A DNA stretch of 63,170 bases, filler included, from Octopus bimaculoides (GCF_001194135.2; 8 parts of 8 records of this genome joined end to end with filler, not necessarily neighbours in it); one strand, 5' to 3'; positions 11,906 through 25,302 are shown, numbered from the whole stretch's first letter. Numbers and translations: made by a program. Notes: a model not told the origin generated them from the sequence alone.

Positions 11906-12975
11906 TAAGGCGGTGGTCTGGCAGAATCGTTAACACGCTGGACGAAATTCTTGGCAGTATATCTCCTGTCGTTACGTTCTGAGGTCAAATTCCGTCGAGA
12001 TCAATTTTACCTGTCATTCTTTCGGGATCGATAAATAAAGTACCAGTGAGACACTTTGGTAGAAATGATTATTATTATTATTGTTAGTCGAGGGTATTTT
12101 TTGACCTAAGATTGCTGACCTATTTCCTAAATTTGAAACAGTTGCTATTATTGTCAAGGCAGCAAACCGCCAGAATCTTTGTGCGTCGTACAAAATGCAC
12201 AGTGGCATTTCTTCTGACTGTTTACATTCTGAGTTCGAATACCACCGAGACCAACTTTTGCTTTTCATCCTTTTGGGCTCGATAAAATACATATTCTTTT
12301 CTACTCTAGGCACAAGGTCCAAAATTTTGGAGGAGGGGTCCAGTCGATTAGATAGACGTCAGTACACAACTGGTACTTAATTTATCGACCCCCTAGAGGA
12401 TGAAAGGCAAAGTCTACCTCGGCGCAATTTGAACTGAGAAAGTAAAGACTGGCGAAATACTGCTAAGGATAAAATGATATTAGTGGAGTTCTGGAACCAA
12501 TTTAATCGACTTGCCCCTCCCTTCAAAACTGCTTGCCTTGTGCCAAAATTTGAGGGAGTAATTATTATAGTTGTTAAGGTGCCGAGCAGGCAGAATCATT
12601 TGCACGCCGAGCGAAAAGCTTAGTGGCACGTTCTGAGTTCAAATTCCGACGAGGACGAATTTGCCTTTGATCCTATCGAGAACGATAAAATAAGTACCAG
12701 TGAAATACTGGGGTCGATGTAATCGACTAGTACCCTCCTCCAAAATTTCAGGCCTTGTACCTATAGTAGAAAGGATTATTGCTGTCAAGGTGGCGAGCTG
12801 GCAGAATCGTTAACACGCCGGACTAAATACTTAGTGGCATATCTTCTGGGCTTACGTTCTGACTTCAAATTCAGCCGAGGCCAACCTTTCCTGTCATTTT
12901 TTTAGGCTCGATAAAATAAGTACCAGTCAAGCACCGCGGTCGAAATTCAAACCTTGTGCCTATATTCGAAAGGAT
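10943..12975. mobile_element. Cluster of about seven SINE family B copies in mixed orientation, with (CAT)n spacers
   Basis: Copies at ~10943(+), 11198(+), 11906(+), 12154(+), 12300-12470(-), 12574(+), 12786(+). Confidence 0.85.
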
Positions 12976-13215
12976 TTTATATTTTGTTGTTGCTGTACTT
13001 AAACCTGGCTTCTTTTTCTATACCATTTTCGCTGTCGTTGGCATCGATAACTATGCAGGATTCTTCATCACACTTGCTCTTGTTGTTGCCGTGGTTGCCG
13101 TTTTCCAGTATTTGTTTAAATTAGTTAAATTTGTCGTCAAGCATGACCAGAATAATTTTTACCTGTCTCTCTCTTCTCTCCTATGAACAAAGCAAAAGTT
13201 CTCTCTCTCTATCTC

Positions 13216-13265
<50 letters not shown>

Positions 13266-13519
13266 CACACACACATATATATATATATACATATATATAT
13301 ATACATATATATATATATACATATATACACACATACACACATATATATATATACATATATATATGTACATATGTTTATATATATGTATATATATGTATAT
13401 ATATATGTGTATATATATANNNNNNNNNNNNNNNNNNNNNNNNNNNNNNNNNNNNNNNNNNNNTTAATTAATTAANNNNNNNNNNNNNNNNNNNNNNNNN
13501 NNNNNNNNNNNNNNNNNNN

Positions 13520-13578
<59 letters not shown>

Positions 13579-15436
13579 TGTGTGTGTGTGTATCTATGCA
13601 TGTATGTATATATCAGAAGTGATGGTGGTACCTGCATCATTAGTGTGTGTGTATATACACACGTATTCATTTTCACATGCATGTATGTACACACACATGT
13701 AAATACATAGGCAAGACAACACTAGGAGTTCAGTGCATGGTCGTCGACCTGGTAGAAATAGCAGCCAAATCTTCAAACATCATCCTTATACTCTTGAAAG
13801 AAGGGAGGGACAATGGAATGATATAACACATGTATTTATTTATTTATCTATATATGTATATATATGTGTGCATATATGTCTATGTATGTATGTGTGTGCG
13901 TGTGAGTCATATATGTGAATGACAATATGAGAGACAAGTCCTCCACATGGTCTCATCTGCAGAGTAACTCGACCTGCTAGAAACTGCAGCCAAAAACTTC
14001 CTTGAAACCACACTCACATCACAAAACGGAGTCTGTACATTAGATGGGATGGTTACGACTGGATCACCTTGTATCATACACCCAATCAATCAGGGCTATC
14101 CTGGTTCAAAACACAGAAAACGAAAGCATGCAGTGCTTCTGGTTTTGCACCTCACGATACATAGAACAGGATCACTCCTACTGCCGCTCTTAATATTCTG
14201 TTATTCTGTCATTCTCTTCCACAATTCTCTGATTCACACTCATAGAATGGTTATTATTAGAATTTATTGGAATACAATTTGTGTGTTTATCTCTCAGACA
14301 GTCACAGATAGATTTCTCTCACTATATATCACTTCCCCCACTCTCTCTCTCTCTCTCTCATACACTCTGTAACTAACTAGTCACTCCTAACCAAACTTAT
14401 AAAACTTTTTTTAGTTAACCGATAGTGACTTCGAAGTTTTTATCTGTGAGCCCGATGTTGCTGTGATTTATGTGGCCTTTGTTAAACCGTCTGTCGGATG
14501 CCGACAACCGTTAAAACTTTGAAGTCACTGTCAACATAATTATTGGCCCTGAATTTTGGCACAAAACAAGCAACTTCAGGAGAGGGGTACAGTCATATTA
14601 ATATCAACCCCCACTGCTAAACTTGTACCTATTTCTTCAACCCCCCCCNNNNNNNNNNNNNNNNNNNNNNNNNNNNNNNNNNNNNNNNNNNNNNNNNNNN
14701 NNNNNNNNNNNNNNNNNNNNNNNNNNNNNNNNNNNNNNNNNNNNNNNNNNNNNNNNNNNNNNNNNNNNNNNNNNNNNNNNNNNNNNNNNNNNNNNNNNNN
14801 NNNNNNNNNNNNNNNNNNNNNNNNNNNNNNNNNNNNNNNNNNNNNNNNNNNNNNNNNNNNNNNNNNNNNNNNNNNNNNNNNNNNNNNNNNNNNNNNNNNN
14901 NNNNNNNNNNNNNNNNNNNNNNNNNNNNNNNNNNNNNNNNNNNNNNNNNNNNNNNNNNNNNNNNNNNNNNNNNNNNNNNNNNNNNNNNNNNNNNNNNNNN
15001 NNNNNNNNNNNNNNNNNNNNNNNNNNNNNNNNNNNNNNNNNNNNNNNNNNNNNNNNNNNNNNNNNNNNNNNNNNNNNNNNNNNNNNNNNNNNNNNNNNNN
15101 NNNNNNNNNNNNNNNNNNNNNNNNNNNNNNNNNNNNNNNNNNNNNNNNNNNNNNNNNNNNNNNNNNNNNNNNNNNNNNNNNNNNNNNNNNNNNNNNNNNN
15201 NNNNNNNNNNNNNNNNNNNNNNNNNNNNNNNNNNNNNNNNNNNNNNNNNNNNNNNNNNNNNNNNNNNNNNNNNNNNNNNNNNNNNNNNNNNNNNNNNNNN
15301 NNNNNNNNNNNNNNNNNNNNNNNNNNNNNNNNNNNNNNNNNNNNNNNNNNNNNNNNNNNNNNNNNNNNNNNNNNNNNNNNNNATATATATATACATACAT
15401 ATGTATATACATACATCCATATACATATAATGTAGA

Positions 15437-15814
15437 AAGGCATGGCTGTGTGTTAAGAGAGGCTTGCTTTCCAACTACATCATTCTGGGTTCAGTCCCAC
15501 TGCATGGTACCTTGGGCAGGTGTCTTCTACTATAGCCTTAAGCTGACCAACACATTGTGAGTAGATTTGGTAGACGGAAACCGAAAGAAGCCTGTCACAT
15601 GTGTGCATGACTTGGTGTCTGTCTGTCCCCCACCACCGCTTGACAACTAGTTTCGTGTGTTTACGTCCCTGTAACTTAGCAGTTCGACAAAAGAGTCCAA
15701 TACAATAAGTACCAGGCTCTGAAAAAACAATGCTCTGGGGTTAATTCATTCAAGTAAAAACAAATTTAAGATGGTGCCCCATCATGGCCACGGTCTAATG
15801 AGTGAAACAACTAA
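15437..15814 (+). mobile_element. SINE family A, diverged copy
   Basis: Alignable by eye to 10496-10932. Confidence 0.8.
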
Positions 15815-16145
15815 ATGATAAATAATACACATACACATCATCATCATCATCATCATCGTCATCATCATCATCATCGTCATCATTTTAATATCCACTTTTC
15901 TCTGCTTCTGTGTGGGTCAGATGAAGTTTGTTTGAGGTTGGTTTTCCATGCTGGGATGTTCTTCCTGCCACCGACCCTTACCTGGTTTCAAGCTGGGTAA
16001 CTGATATTTCCTCCAAAGCCAGACATTCTTTTGCTGAGTATTGGAAATAAACGACACTGCTAGTATGACAGTGACTCTCATTTACAACCATTATGCAAGA
16101 AAACAAATGCACACACACACACGTGTGTCTATGTGTGTGCGTGTA

Positions 16146-16585
16146 TCATCATCATCATCATCATCATCGTTTAACGTCCGCTTTCCATGCTAGCATGGGT
16201 TGGACGATTTGACTGAGGACTGGTGAAAACCAGATGGCAACACCAGGCTCCAATCTGATTTGGCAGAATTTCTACAGCTGGATGCCCTTCCTAACGCCAA
16301 CCACTCAGAGAGTGTAGTGGGTGCTTTTACGTGTCATCCGCACAAAAATGGCCACGCTCAAAATGGTGTCTTTTATGTGCCACCGGCACAAGAGCCAGTT
16401 CAGGGGCACTGGCAACGATCTTGCTCGAAAACCCTACAAGGCCAGTCAGGCGGTACTGGCAACGGTCACGCTCAGGATGGTACATCTTATGTGCCACCTG
16501 CACAAGAGCCAGTCCAGGGGCCCTGGCAACGATCTCACTTGGCTTGCCGGGTCTTCTCACGCACAGCACATTTCCAAAGGTCTCG
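16146..16585 (-). mobile_element. SINE-like family D with (GAT)n tail and an internal ~114-bp tandem duplication
   Basis: 16146-16300 is nearly identical to 20008-20162; duplicated unit at 16350-16421 / 16464-16535. Confidence 0.75.
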
Positions 16586-16639
16586 TGTCTACCAAATTCA
16601 CTCACAAGTTTGAACCCAGTACCACATGTGTAATCGTTT

Positions 16640-16812
16640 GCACGCTGGACAAAATGCTTCGCGGTATTTCACCTGTTGCTGCGCTCTGAGTTCAAATTCC
16701 ACCAAGGTCGACTTTGCCTTTCATCCTTTCGGGGGTCGATAAAATATGTACCAGTGAAACACTGGGGTTAATGTAACCCAGAATGGCTGCCCTTGTTGCA
16801 AAATTTGAAACC
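16640..16812 (+). mobile_element. SINE family B copy
   Basis: CTGAGTTCAAATTCC...GCCTTTCATCCTTTCGGGGGTCGATAAAA motif. Confidence 0.8.
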
Positions 16813-16929
16813 CTATGCGTGTGTGTGTGTATGTGTTTTGTCAGTGTACTTATTAATGAGAAGAGCATCAATTTGAAGGTTTAAATCTTAACACCAGCTA
16901 CCTGCCTATCTATCCATCTATCTATCTTC

Positions 16930-16968
<39 letters not shown>

Positions 16969-17927
16969 CCTATCTATCTGTCTGTCTACTTTTTTTATCA
17001 ACCCCCGAAAGCATGGGTTCTCACCCATTTTTTAACTATGGACCCTTTTGGTTACTATTTTATACTGGTGGTCCCCAAACAAGTGAACCATCATTCATGC
17101 AAACACACATTTCTCTCTCTNNNNNNNNNNNNNNNNNNNNNNNNNNNNNNNNNNNNNNNNNNNNNNNNNNNNNNNNNNNNNNNNNNNNNNNNNNNNNNNN
17201 NNNNNNNNNNNNNNNNNNNNNNNNNNNNNNNNNNNNNNNNNNNNNNNNNNNNNNNNNNNNNNNNNNNNNNNNNNNNNNNNNNNNNNNNNNNNNNNNNNNN
17301 NNNNNNNNNNNNNNNNNNNNNNNNNNNNNNNNNNNNNNNNNNNNNNNNNNNNNNNNNNNNNNNNNNNNNNNNNNNNNNNNNNNNNNNNNNNNNNNNNNNN
17401 NNNNNNNNNNNNNNNNNNNNNNNNNNNNNNNNNNNNNNNNNNNNNNNNNNNNNNNNNNNNNNNNNNNNNNNNNNNNNNNNNNNNNNNNNNNNNNNNNNNN
17501 NNNNNNNNNNNNNNNNNNNNNNNNNNNNNNNNNNNNNNNNNNNNNNNNNNNNNNNNNNNNNNNNNNNNNNNNNNNNNNNNNNNNNNNNNNNNNNNNNNNN
17601 NNNNNNNNNNNNNNNNNNNNNNNNNNNNNNNNNNNNNNNNNNNNNNNNNNNNNNNNNNNNNNNNNNNNNNNNNNNNNNNNNNNNNNNNNNNNNNNNNNNN
17701 NNNNNNNNNNNNNNNNNNNNNNNNNNNNNNNNNNNNNNNNNNNNNNNNNNNNNNNNNNNNNNNNNNNNNNNNNNNNNNNNNNNNNNNNNNNNNNNNNNNN
17801 NNNNNNNNNNNNNNNNNNNNNNNNNNNNNNNNNNNNNNNNNNNNNNNNNNNNNNNNNNNNNNNNNNNNNNNNNNNNNNNNNNNNNNNNNNNNNNNNNNNN
17901 NNNNNNNNNNNNNNNNNNNNNNNNNNN

Positions 17928-18304
17928 GTTGTTGGCACTCCGTCGCTTACGGCGACGAGGGTTCCAGTTGATCCGATCATCGGAACAGCCTGCTCGTGAA
18001 ATTAACGTGCAAGTGGCTGACCACTCCGCAGAGACGAGTACTCTTAACGTAGTTCTCGGGGATATTCAGCATGACACAGAGTGTGACAAGGTTGACCCCT
18101 TTGAATTACAGGCACAACAGAAACAGGAAGAAAGAGAAAGTTGTGGTGAAAGAGTACAGCAGGGTTCGCCACCATCCCCTGCCGGAGCCTCGTGGAGCTT
18201 TAGGTGTTTTTCGCTCAATAAACACTCACAACATCTGGGAATCGAAACCGCGATTCTATGGCCATGAGTCCGCTGCCCTAACCACTGGGCCATTGTGCCT
18301 CCAC
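17928..18304 (-). mobile_element. SINE family C (tRNA-derived), near-complete
   Basis: Reverse complement closely matches 49511-49897. Confidence 0.9.
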
Positions 18305-18430
18305 CCTCTATAATGTAGAAGGAAGTGATACTGAAGCGAATGAAAACAGGAAGTGCAGGACCACAGTGAATAAGGGAATAGAAACACAATCACAACAGCA
18401 GCCCACATCTCATTTGCATATGCTTATACA

Positions 18431-18632
18431 CAGGGGTGGACAAAAGTAGGGTCGCAGTTGCTTAATACGAGGGGTATGAGCTTTTCTTGTCTCTGTTTCT
18501 TTTTTGAACCTAAGTGATTCGTAAGTCGACTAAGGGGTCTGTGGGTGATGCCTAGTTCATTGGGAGACCCCTGTTCTGATCTCTGGGGACTTAAGTGAAT
18601 ACTCGTTTTAAATAACTGTATACCTACCCCTG
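18431..18632. mobile_element. Tc1-derived MITE
   Basis: Ends CAGGGGTGGACAAAAGTAGG...CCTACCCCTG followed by TA; termini resemble those of the Tc1 at 3393. Confidence 0.55.
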
Positions 18633-18648
18633 TATATATATATATATA

Positions 18649-18851
18649 CTCTCTTTACTTGTTTCAGCCATTTGGCTGTGGCCATGCTGGAGCGCCACCT
18701 TTAGTCGAGCGAATTGACCCCGGGACTTATTCTTTGGAAGCCTAGTACTTATTCTATCGGTCTCTTTTTGCCGAACCGCTAAGTTACGGGGACATAAACA
18801 CACCAGCATCGGTTGTCAAGCGATGTTGGGGGGACAAGCACAGACACACAA

Positions 18852-18888
<37 letters not shown>
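18649..18888 (-). mobile_element. SINE family A, partial (runs into gap)
   Basis: Sequence match to other copies. Confidence 0.85.
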
Positions 18889-19224
18889 NNNNNNNNNNNN
18901 NNNNNNNNNNNNNNNNNNNNNNNNNNNNNNNNNNNNNNNNNNNNNNNNNNNNNNNNNNNNNNNNNNNNNNNNNNNNNNNNNNNNNNNNNNNNNNNNNNNN
19001 NNNNNNNNNNNNNNNNNNNNNNNNNNNNNNNNNNNNNNNNNNNNNNNNNNNNNNNNNNNNNNNNNNNNNNNNNNNNNNNNNNNNNNNNNNNNNNNNNNNN
19101 NNNNNNNNNNNNNNNNNNNNNNNNNNNNNNNNNNNNNNNNNNNNNNNNNNNNNNNNNNNNNNNNNNNNNNNNNNNNNNNNNNNNNNNNNNNNNNNNNNNN
19201 NNNNNNNNNNNNNNNNNNNNNNNN

Positions 19225-19273
<49 letters not shown>

Positions 19274-19414
19274 TTTACATATACACACACTCCTGTATTT
19301 ATATATACACTCACACACATATTCACTGCGTGACTGTCTTGGTGTTATATATGTTGTGTGTGTTTTGATCCTCGTAATGAATCAGAAAGGGAGTATTTAA
19401 TGCAACTACAAACT

Positions 19415-19745
19415 GAATTTAGTAAAGTAACTTAGTTATCATTAAGCTGGTGTTAGGAACATAAATTTGTGACTAAGGTTTGGTGGAAGATTTTAATTCA
19501 AAACTTATGAAACCAAGACATTTGTACTACAGAACCAGAGGTGGTTTCAGCCGGGTTGGTATCAAAAGGATTAAAAATATCATGGTGACTTTAACCCTTT
19601 TGTTACCATATTTCTGTTGAAATGCTCTGTGTTTCTTTCAATTAATTTTAAATATAACAAAGAATTTAGTAAAATAACTTAGTTATCATTAAGCTGGTGT
19701 TAGGAACATAAATTGTGAGTAAGGTTTGGCGGAATATTTGAATTC
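19415..19745. mobile_element. Two partial copies of a piggyBac-like MITE
   Basis: Shared ~80-bp segment (19415-19500 vs 19662-19745); termini AAAAGGATTAA (19574) and TTAACCCTTT (19591), i.e. TTAA + CCC-type ends. Confidence 0.6.
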
Positions 19746-19975
19746 GATGACTAAGACAAGTAAAACATAAGAAGATACAGAAACAGGTGTATACAAATAT
19801 AAGCATACATGTTTTCTTCAGATTATTACGTCTCCCTACCTACCTACCTACCTGCCAACCCACCTACCTACCTATCTATCTGTCTGCCTATCTATCTATC
19901 CATCTATAGCCTCGGGCCGACCAAAGCCTTGTGAGTGGATTTGGTAGACGGAAACTGAAAGAAGCCCGTCGTATA

Positions 19976-20007
<32 letters not shown>

Positions 20008-20008
<1 letters not shown>

Positions 20009-20162
20009 CATCATCATCATCATCATCATCATCGTTTAACGTCCGCTTTCCATGCTAGCATGGGTTGGACGATTTAACTGAGGACTGGTGAAACCGGATG
20101 GCAACACCAGGCTCCAGTCTGATTTGGCAGAGTTTCTACAGCTGGATGCCCTTCCTAACGCC
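20008..20162 (-). mobile_element. SINE-like family D 3' fragment
   Basis: Near-identical to 16146-16300. Confidence 0.8.
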
Positions 20163-20262
20163 NNNNNNNNNNNNNNNNNNNNNNNNNNNNNNNNNNNNNN
20201 NNNNNNTTAATTAATTAANNNNNNNNNNNNNNNNNNNNNNNNNNNNNNNNNNNNNNNNNNNN

Positions 20263-20357
<95 letters not shown>
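20263..20357. repeat. (AAT)n microsatellite
   Basis: Direct inspection. Confidence 0.95.
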
Positions 20358-20499
20358 GGCTACAGCAAACATCCTGCTCAATATCACCGATCTGCTTGTC
20401 AATTGTTTGACCTTAACCAGTTGAGCATGTGCCTTGGTGGCTGACGATATGTGCATCTCTGATCATGAGCAGAAGTAGTGGGCGGGCATCATAGCCATG

Positions 20500-20640
20500 T
20501 GTTTCGAGCATTTGTGTCTGCTGGATGAACTTTGTGTCATTTGGACCAGCTGCATGAAGATGAGTTCTGAGATGTGAAGTTAAGCCAGCCTTGAAAAAGG
20601 CAAGTCTTACCACAACAGAAATGGGGACACTAGTTCTGTG
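20500..20640 (-). mobile_element. Probable RTE 3'-end fragment
   Basis: Minus strand KAGLTSHLRTH resembles the C-terminal motif of RTE ORFs; short. Confidence 0.45.
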
Positions 20641-22219
20641 TTAAGCAAGGTGTTATTTTTCTGTAATTCTCTATTCATTGTTGCAACCTTTGTTTTTTTT
20701 CTTCAAAATTCCTTACCGCAGACCAGACCTTTTTTCTTGTTTACGCCATTTGTTACTGTTAATATCAACTGGTTCAACGTCTTTGTACATTATATTCAAC
20801 TGCCTAAGGCATTTTTTTTTTAGTAAGTCTTTATATCGTTTTTTGGGTTACACTCTTTTTTGCTCACTGGCAGACAGCTCACCATAAAACACCTGTTTAG
20901 GCATGCGCTGATTCCCCATCCGTATTAAATGCTTAGTCTATCTCAGCTGGCTAAAAACCAGCATGGCATGGATTNNNNNNNNNNNNNNNNNNNNNNNNNN
21001 NNNNNNNNNNNNNNNNNNNNNNNNNNNNNNNNNNNNNNNNNNNNNNNNNNNNNNNNNNNNNNNNNNNNNNNNNNNNNNNNNNNNNNNNNNNNNNNNNNNN
21101 NNNNNNNNNNNNNNNNNNNNNNNNNNTTCTCTGTCTGTCTGTCTGTCTCTGTCTGTCTCTCTCTCCCTCTGTCTCTCTCTCCCTCTCTCTTTCTCTCTCT
21201 CTCTCCCTCTCTCTTTCTTTCTCTCTCATTCTCTAAATCCTCCGCATCTGGTGTAAACGATTTCCAGCTGATTCTGGACAAAGACACTTTTGGCGAAAGC
21301 GCTCGAGGATTGTATGTGGTGGTTGTAAACATGCTTGCATAAATACATACACACATACATTCATACATACGCAATAAAATCGAGAATTATTTTTATAAAG
21401 ATGCTGACTCTTTCGTGCATCATATCGTAACTACATTATCGAATTATGCTGGCTGGAATTCAAAATGTCATCTTACCTTATCGCAGGAGGCCAAATCTCT
21501 GGACTTTTACTTTTATTAATAACCAAGACGACATTTCGTGTTTCATCAAAGCAGATAAATATATCATGCAACTATTGCATCACGTACGAAACAGTTTAGA
21601 GCTCATAAACCAACAGTTAATTATATTGTTAATTAAACTCTACCTATCCGTCAGACTGTGCTTTAATTAACACTGAATGGCTGTTAAGCGAGCAGCCAAA
21701 TAATTCTTTATATTCATTATTCATTCGGTTCTGACGTAACAAATGGTGATGCTGTTATGTTAATACTCATTACATAATATGCATGACTAAATCGTCGTTA
21801 ACCTTAACGTCTATTGGCATGATGTGTAGTTGGTCACCTGAAGTTGTTGAAACAATTGTAAACCATGGAATAAATATCATATCATAAACTGCACTCTTCA
21901 CTTTCTCCTGGAACTATCACCGCAGTGGAAGGTCTTCTTGAGTCTGACTGCACTCAAATATATTCAATATAATTTTACATAAATCTGTTTTATTCAATAC
22001 TGCTTCGTGCGACATTACACACACACACACACAAACACTCACACACATCGTCATTTTCAATCAATTAGCTATTATAAAAAAGTATATATTTCGCTGTTCC
22101 TCGTCTGCGTTAGTGTCATATCTATCTTTGTATAAATTGGTAATACAAATGAAGGAATGGAAATATTTAACTCCGGCCCCACCAATACCTTGTGAATAAA
22201 TTTGCTGGCCAGTAGCGTA

Positions 22220-22267
<48 letters not shown>

Positions 22268-22884
22268 ACGCCAGTGTTAGAATGGTGGCAGCTGATGAAG
22301 GAAATGTTCTCTATGTGGCCTGTGTGTTTTCTGTACTCTTTTTATCATTTTGTCTACGTGTTGTTTGCAATGTTCTGTACCCAGAAATGCATATACTCAT
22401 TTATTATTTNNNNNNNNNNNNNNNNNNNNNNNNNNNNNNNNNNNNNNNNNNNNNNNNNNNNNNNNNNNNNNNNNNNNNNNNNNNNNNNNNNNNNNNNNNN
22501 NNNNNNNNNNNNNNNNNNNNNNNNNNNNNNNNNNNNNNNNNNNNNNNNNNNNNNNNNNNNNNNNNNNNNNNNNNNNNNNNNNNNNNNNNNNNNNNNNNNN
22601 NNNNNNNNNNNNNNNNNNNNNNNNNNNNNNNNNNNNNNNNNNNNNNNNNNNNNNNNNNNNNNNNNNNNNNNNNNNNNNNNNNNNNNNNNNNNNNNNNNNN
22701 NNNNNNNNNNNNNNNNNNNNNNNNNNNNNNNNNNNNNNNNNNNNNNNNNNNNNNNNNNNNNNNNNNNNNNNNNNNNNNNNNNNNNNNNNNNNNNNNNNNN
22801 NNNNNNNNNNNNNNNNNNNNNNNNNNNNNNNNNNNNNNNNNNNNNNNNNNNNNNNNNNNNNNNNNNNNNNNNTATATATATGTT

Positions 22885-23195
22885 CTTTCATTCTTTTACT
22901 TGATTCAATCATTTCACTGCGGCCGTACTGGAGCACCGTCTTTTAGTCGAACAAATCGACCTCAAGACTTATTTTTTGTAAGCCTAGTACTTATTCTATC
23001 GGTCTGTTTTGCCGAACCGCTAAGTTACCGGTACGTAAACACACCGACATCGGTTGTCAAGCGATGGTGTGAGGACAAACACAGACACAAATACACAGAT
23101 ACATATATAGATGGGCTTCTTTCAGTTTCCGTCTACCAAATCCACTCACAAAGCTTTGGTCGCCCCGAGGCTATAGTAGAAGACATTTACCCAAG
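22885..23195 (-). mobile_element. SINE family A copy
   Basis: Sequence match to other copies. Confidence 0.85.
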
Positions 23196-24259
23196 ATTAA
23201 ATAAGTACCAGTTACGTACTGGGGTCGATGTAATCGACTTAATCCCTTTGGCTCCTCTGTGGATAATAAAGAAATATATATAAATCATAAATGAATATAT
23301 ATTCAAAAAATATCTATATAAACATTATTATTAATTATTAACAAAATAAATAATAACAACAATAATGTAAGTGGCCANNNNNNNNNNNNNNNNNNNNNNN
23401 NNNNNNNNNNNNNNNNNNNNNNNNNNNNNNNNNNNNNNNNNNNNNNNNNNNNNNNNNNNNNNNNNNNNNNNNNNNNNNNNNNNNNNNNNNNNNNNNNNNN
23501 NNNNNNNNNNNNNNNNNNNNNNNNNNNNNNNNNNNNNNNNNNNNNNNNNNNNNNNNNNNNNNNNNNNNNNNNNNNNNNNNNNNNNNNNNNNNNNNNNNNN
23601 NNNNNNNNNNNNNNNNNNNNNNNNNNNNNNNNNNNNNNNNNNNNNNNNNNNNNNNNNNNNNNNNNNNNNNNNNNNNNNNNNNNNNNNNNNNNNNNNNNNN
23701 NNNNNNNNNNNNNNNNNNNNNNNNNNNNNNNNNNNNNNNNNNNNNNNNNNNNNNNNNNNNNNNNNNNNNNNNNNNNNNNNNNNNNNNNNNNNNNNNNNNN
23801 NNNNNNNNNNNNNNNNNNNNNNNNNNNNNNNNNNNNNNNNNNNNNNNNNNNNNNNNNNNNNNNNNNNNNNNNNNNNNNNNNNNNNNNNNNNNNNNNNNNN
23901 NNNNNNNNNNNNNNNNNNNNNNNNNNNNNNNNNNNNNNNNNNNNNNNNNNNNNNNNNNNNNNNNNNNNNNNNNNNNNNNNNNNNNNNNNNNNNNNNNNNN
24001 NNNNNNNNNNNNNNNNNNNNNNNNNNNNNNNNNNNNNNNNNNNNNNNNNNNNNNNNNNNNNNNNNNNNNNNNNNNNNNNNNNGCATTCTCTCCTGATGAC
24101 CCCATACACTTGCTGGCTTCCGGTATGCAGAGTTCTCGACTGGTAGCACTTGCATGTTGTTTGCAAGACATATATATATATATATAACAACTTTCACAAT
24201 ACGAAACTCTCAGCTCTTGAGTCACTCTGTAACTTCTGCGGGTTGATATTTGTTTCAAA

Positions 24260-24475
24260 TATTTGCACGAAGCCAGCAATGTTAGGGGGAAGTTGTTAGT
24301 CGATTAAGTCGACCCCAGTACTTGACTGGTGCTTATTTTATCGACTTCACTGAAAGGATGAAAAGCAAAGCTGACCTCTCCAGTATTTGAACTCAAAGCG
24401 TTAAAGCGCCGGAAGAAATGCTACTAAGCACTTTTTCCGGTGCAGTAACGATTCTACCAGCTCACCATCTTGATT
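24260..24475 (-). mobile_element. SINE family B copy, diverged
   Basis: GTCGACCCCAGTACTTGACTGGT...GAAAGGATGAAAAGCAAAG...TTTGAACTC. Confidence 0.75.
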
Positions 24476-25044
24476 GCTTTACTAATCAATTATTAAAAAG
24501 TCAACTAATTTTTTTTTAAACAGTTGATAAAAATAAAAAAAGACAGCTTTAATAGAAATAGCTTGAACGACATTAAAATATAATCTCATCTAAAACAAGG
24601 AATACATTTGGTAAATATCCTGGTTTTTACTTTACTTTGAATCACGTATTTACCTAACTTTATTCAGATAAATCCAGGGATATTAGTTAATACAATACCG
24701 AATCGGATAATCTTAAAGCTCATCATGTTGACAAATCTTAGGTATTTATTGATTTATAAATTGTGGAATGTTATTGATACTCGTACATGTCATTCTAACC
24801 AAAACAATCTGTCATTCTTTTGGAATTTGCTTTGTTAGCTTGTTTTCCATTGGATGAAATCTTCATGTATTTGTGCTTTGGTAGCAGTTCCTTTATACGC
24901 TTTAGTCTTAGTGGAATGAAAAAGATTAAGATATTTTCAAGTACGGAAGGGGACCTAATTAAGTAAAACTAATGAAATTATCTCAACCGTTGTACTAGAG
25001 AATCTGTGTACTTAATTTTGGTCTGGCGCAAGAGAAAGATGGAT

Positions 25045-25128
25045 AGCTAGATAGATAGCTAGCTAGCTAGCTAGCTAGATAGATAGATAAATAGATAAAC
25101 AGACAGATAGACAGACAGATAGACAGAC

Positions 25129-25161
<33 letters not shown>

Positions 25162-25171
25162 NNNNNNNNNN

Positions 25172-25205
<34 letters not shown>

Positions 25206-25243
25206 ATAGATAGACAGACAGATAGACAGACAGATAGACAGAC

Positions 25244-25301
<58 letters not shown>
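25045..25301. repeat. Compound (GATA)n/(GACA)n microsatellite
   Basis: Direct inspection. Confidence 0.95.

Positions 25302-25302
<1 letters not shown>

Noticed and set aside
12956-13186. Hydrophobic 76-aa ORF resembling a membrane protein, and its N/D/E-rich antisense frame
   Set aside because: It starts inside a SINE, has (GTT/GCC)-type low-complexity bias, the antisense frame has an in-frame stop, and no family is recognisable.
21882-21947. Minus-strand terminal-exon-like stretch SDSRRPSTAVIVPGESEECSL*
   Set aside because: Weak polypyrimidine tract, no phase-linked upstream exon, no homology; indistinguishable from chance.
24085-24235. CUGAUGA...GAAAC...GUC as a hammerhead
   Set aside because: Stem I cannot form with the sequence preceding the core, and the putative stem II is a long unpaired, microsatellite-containing stretch.
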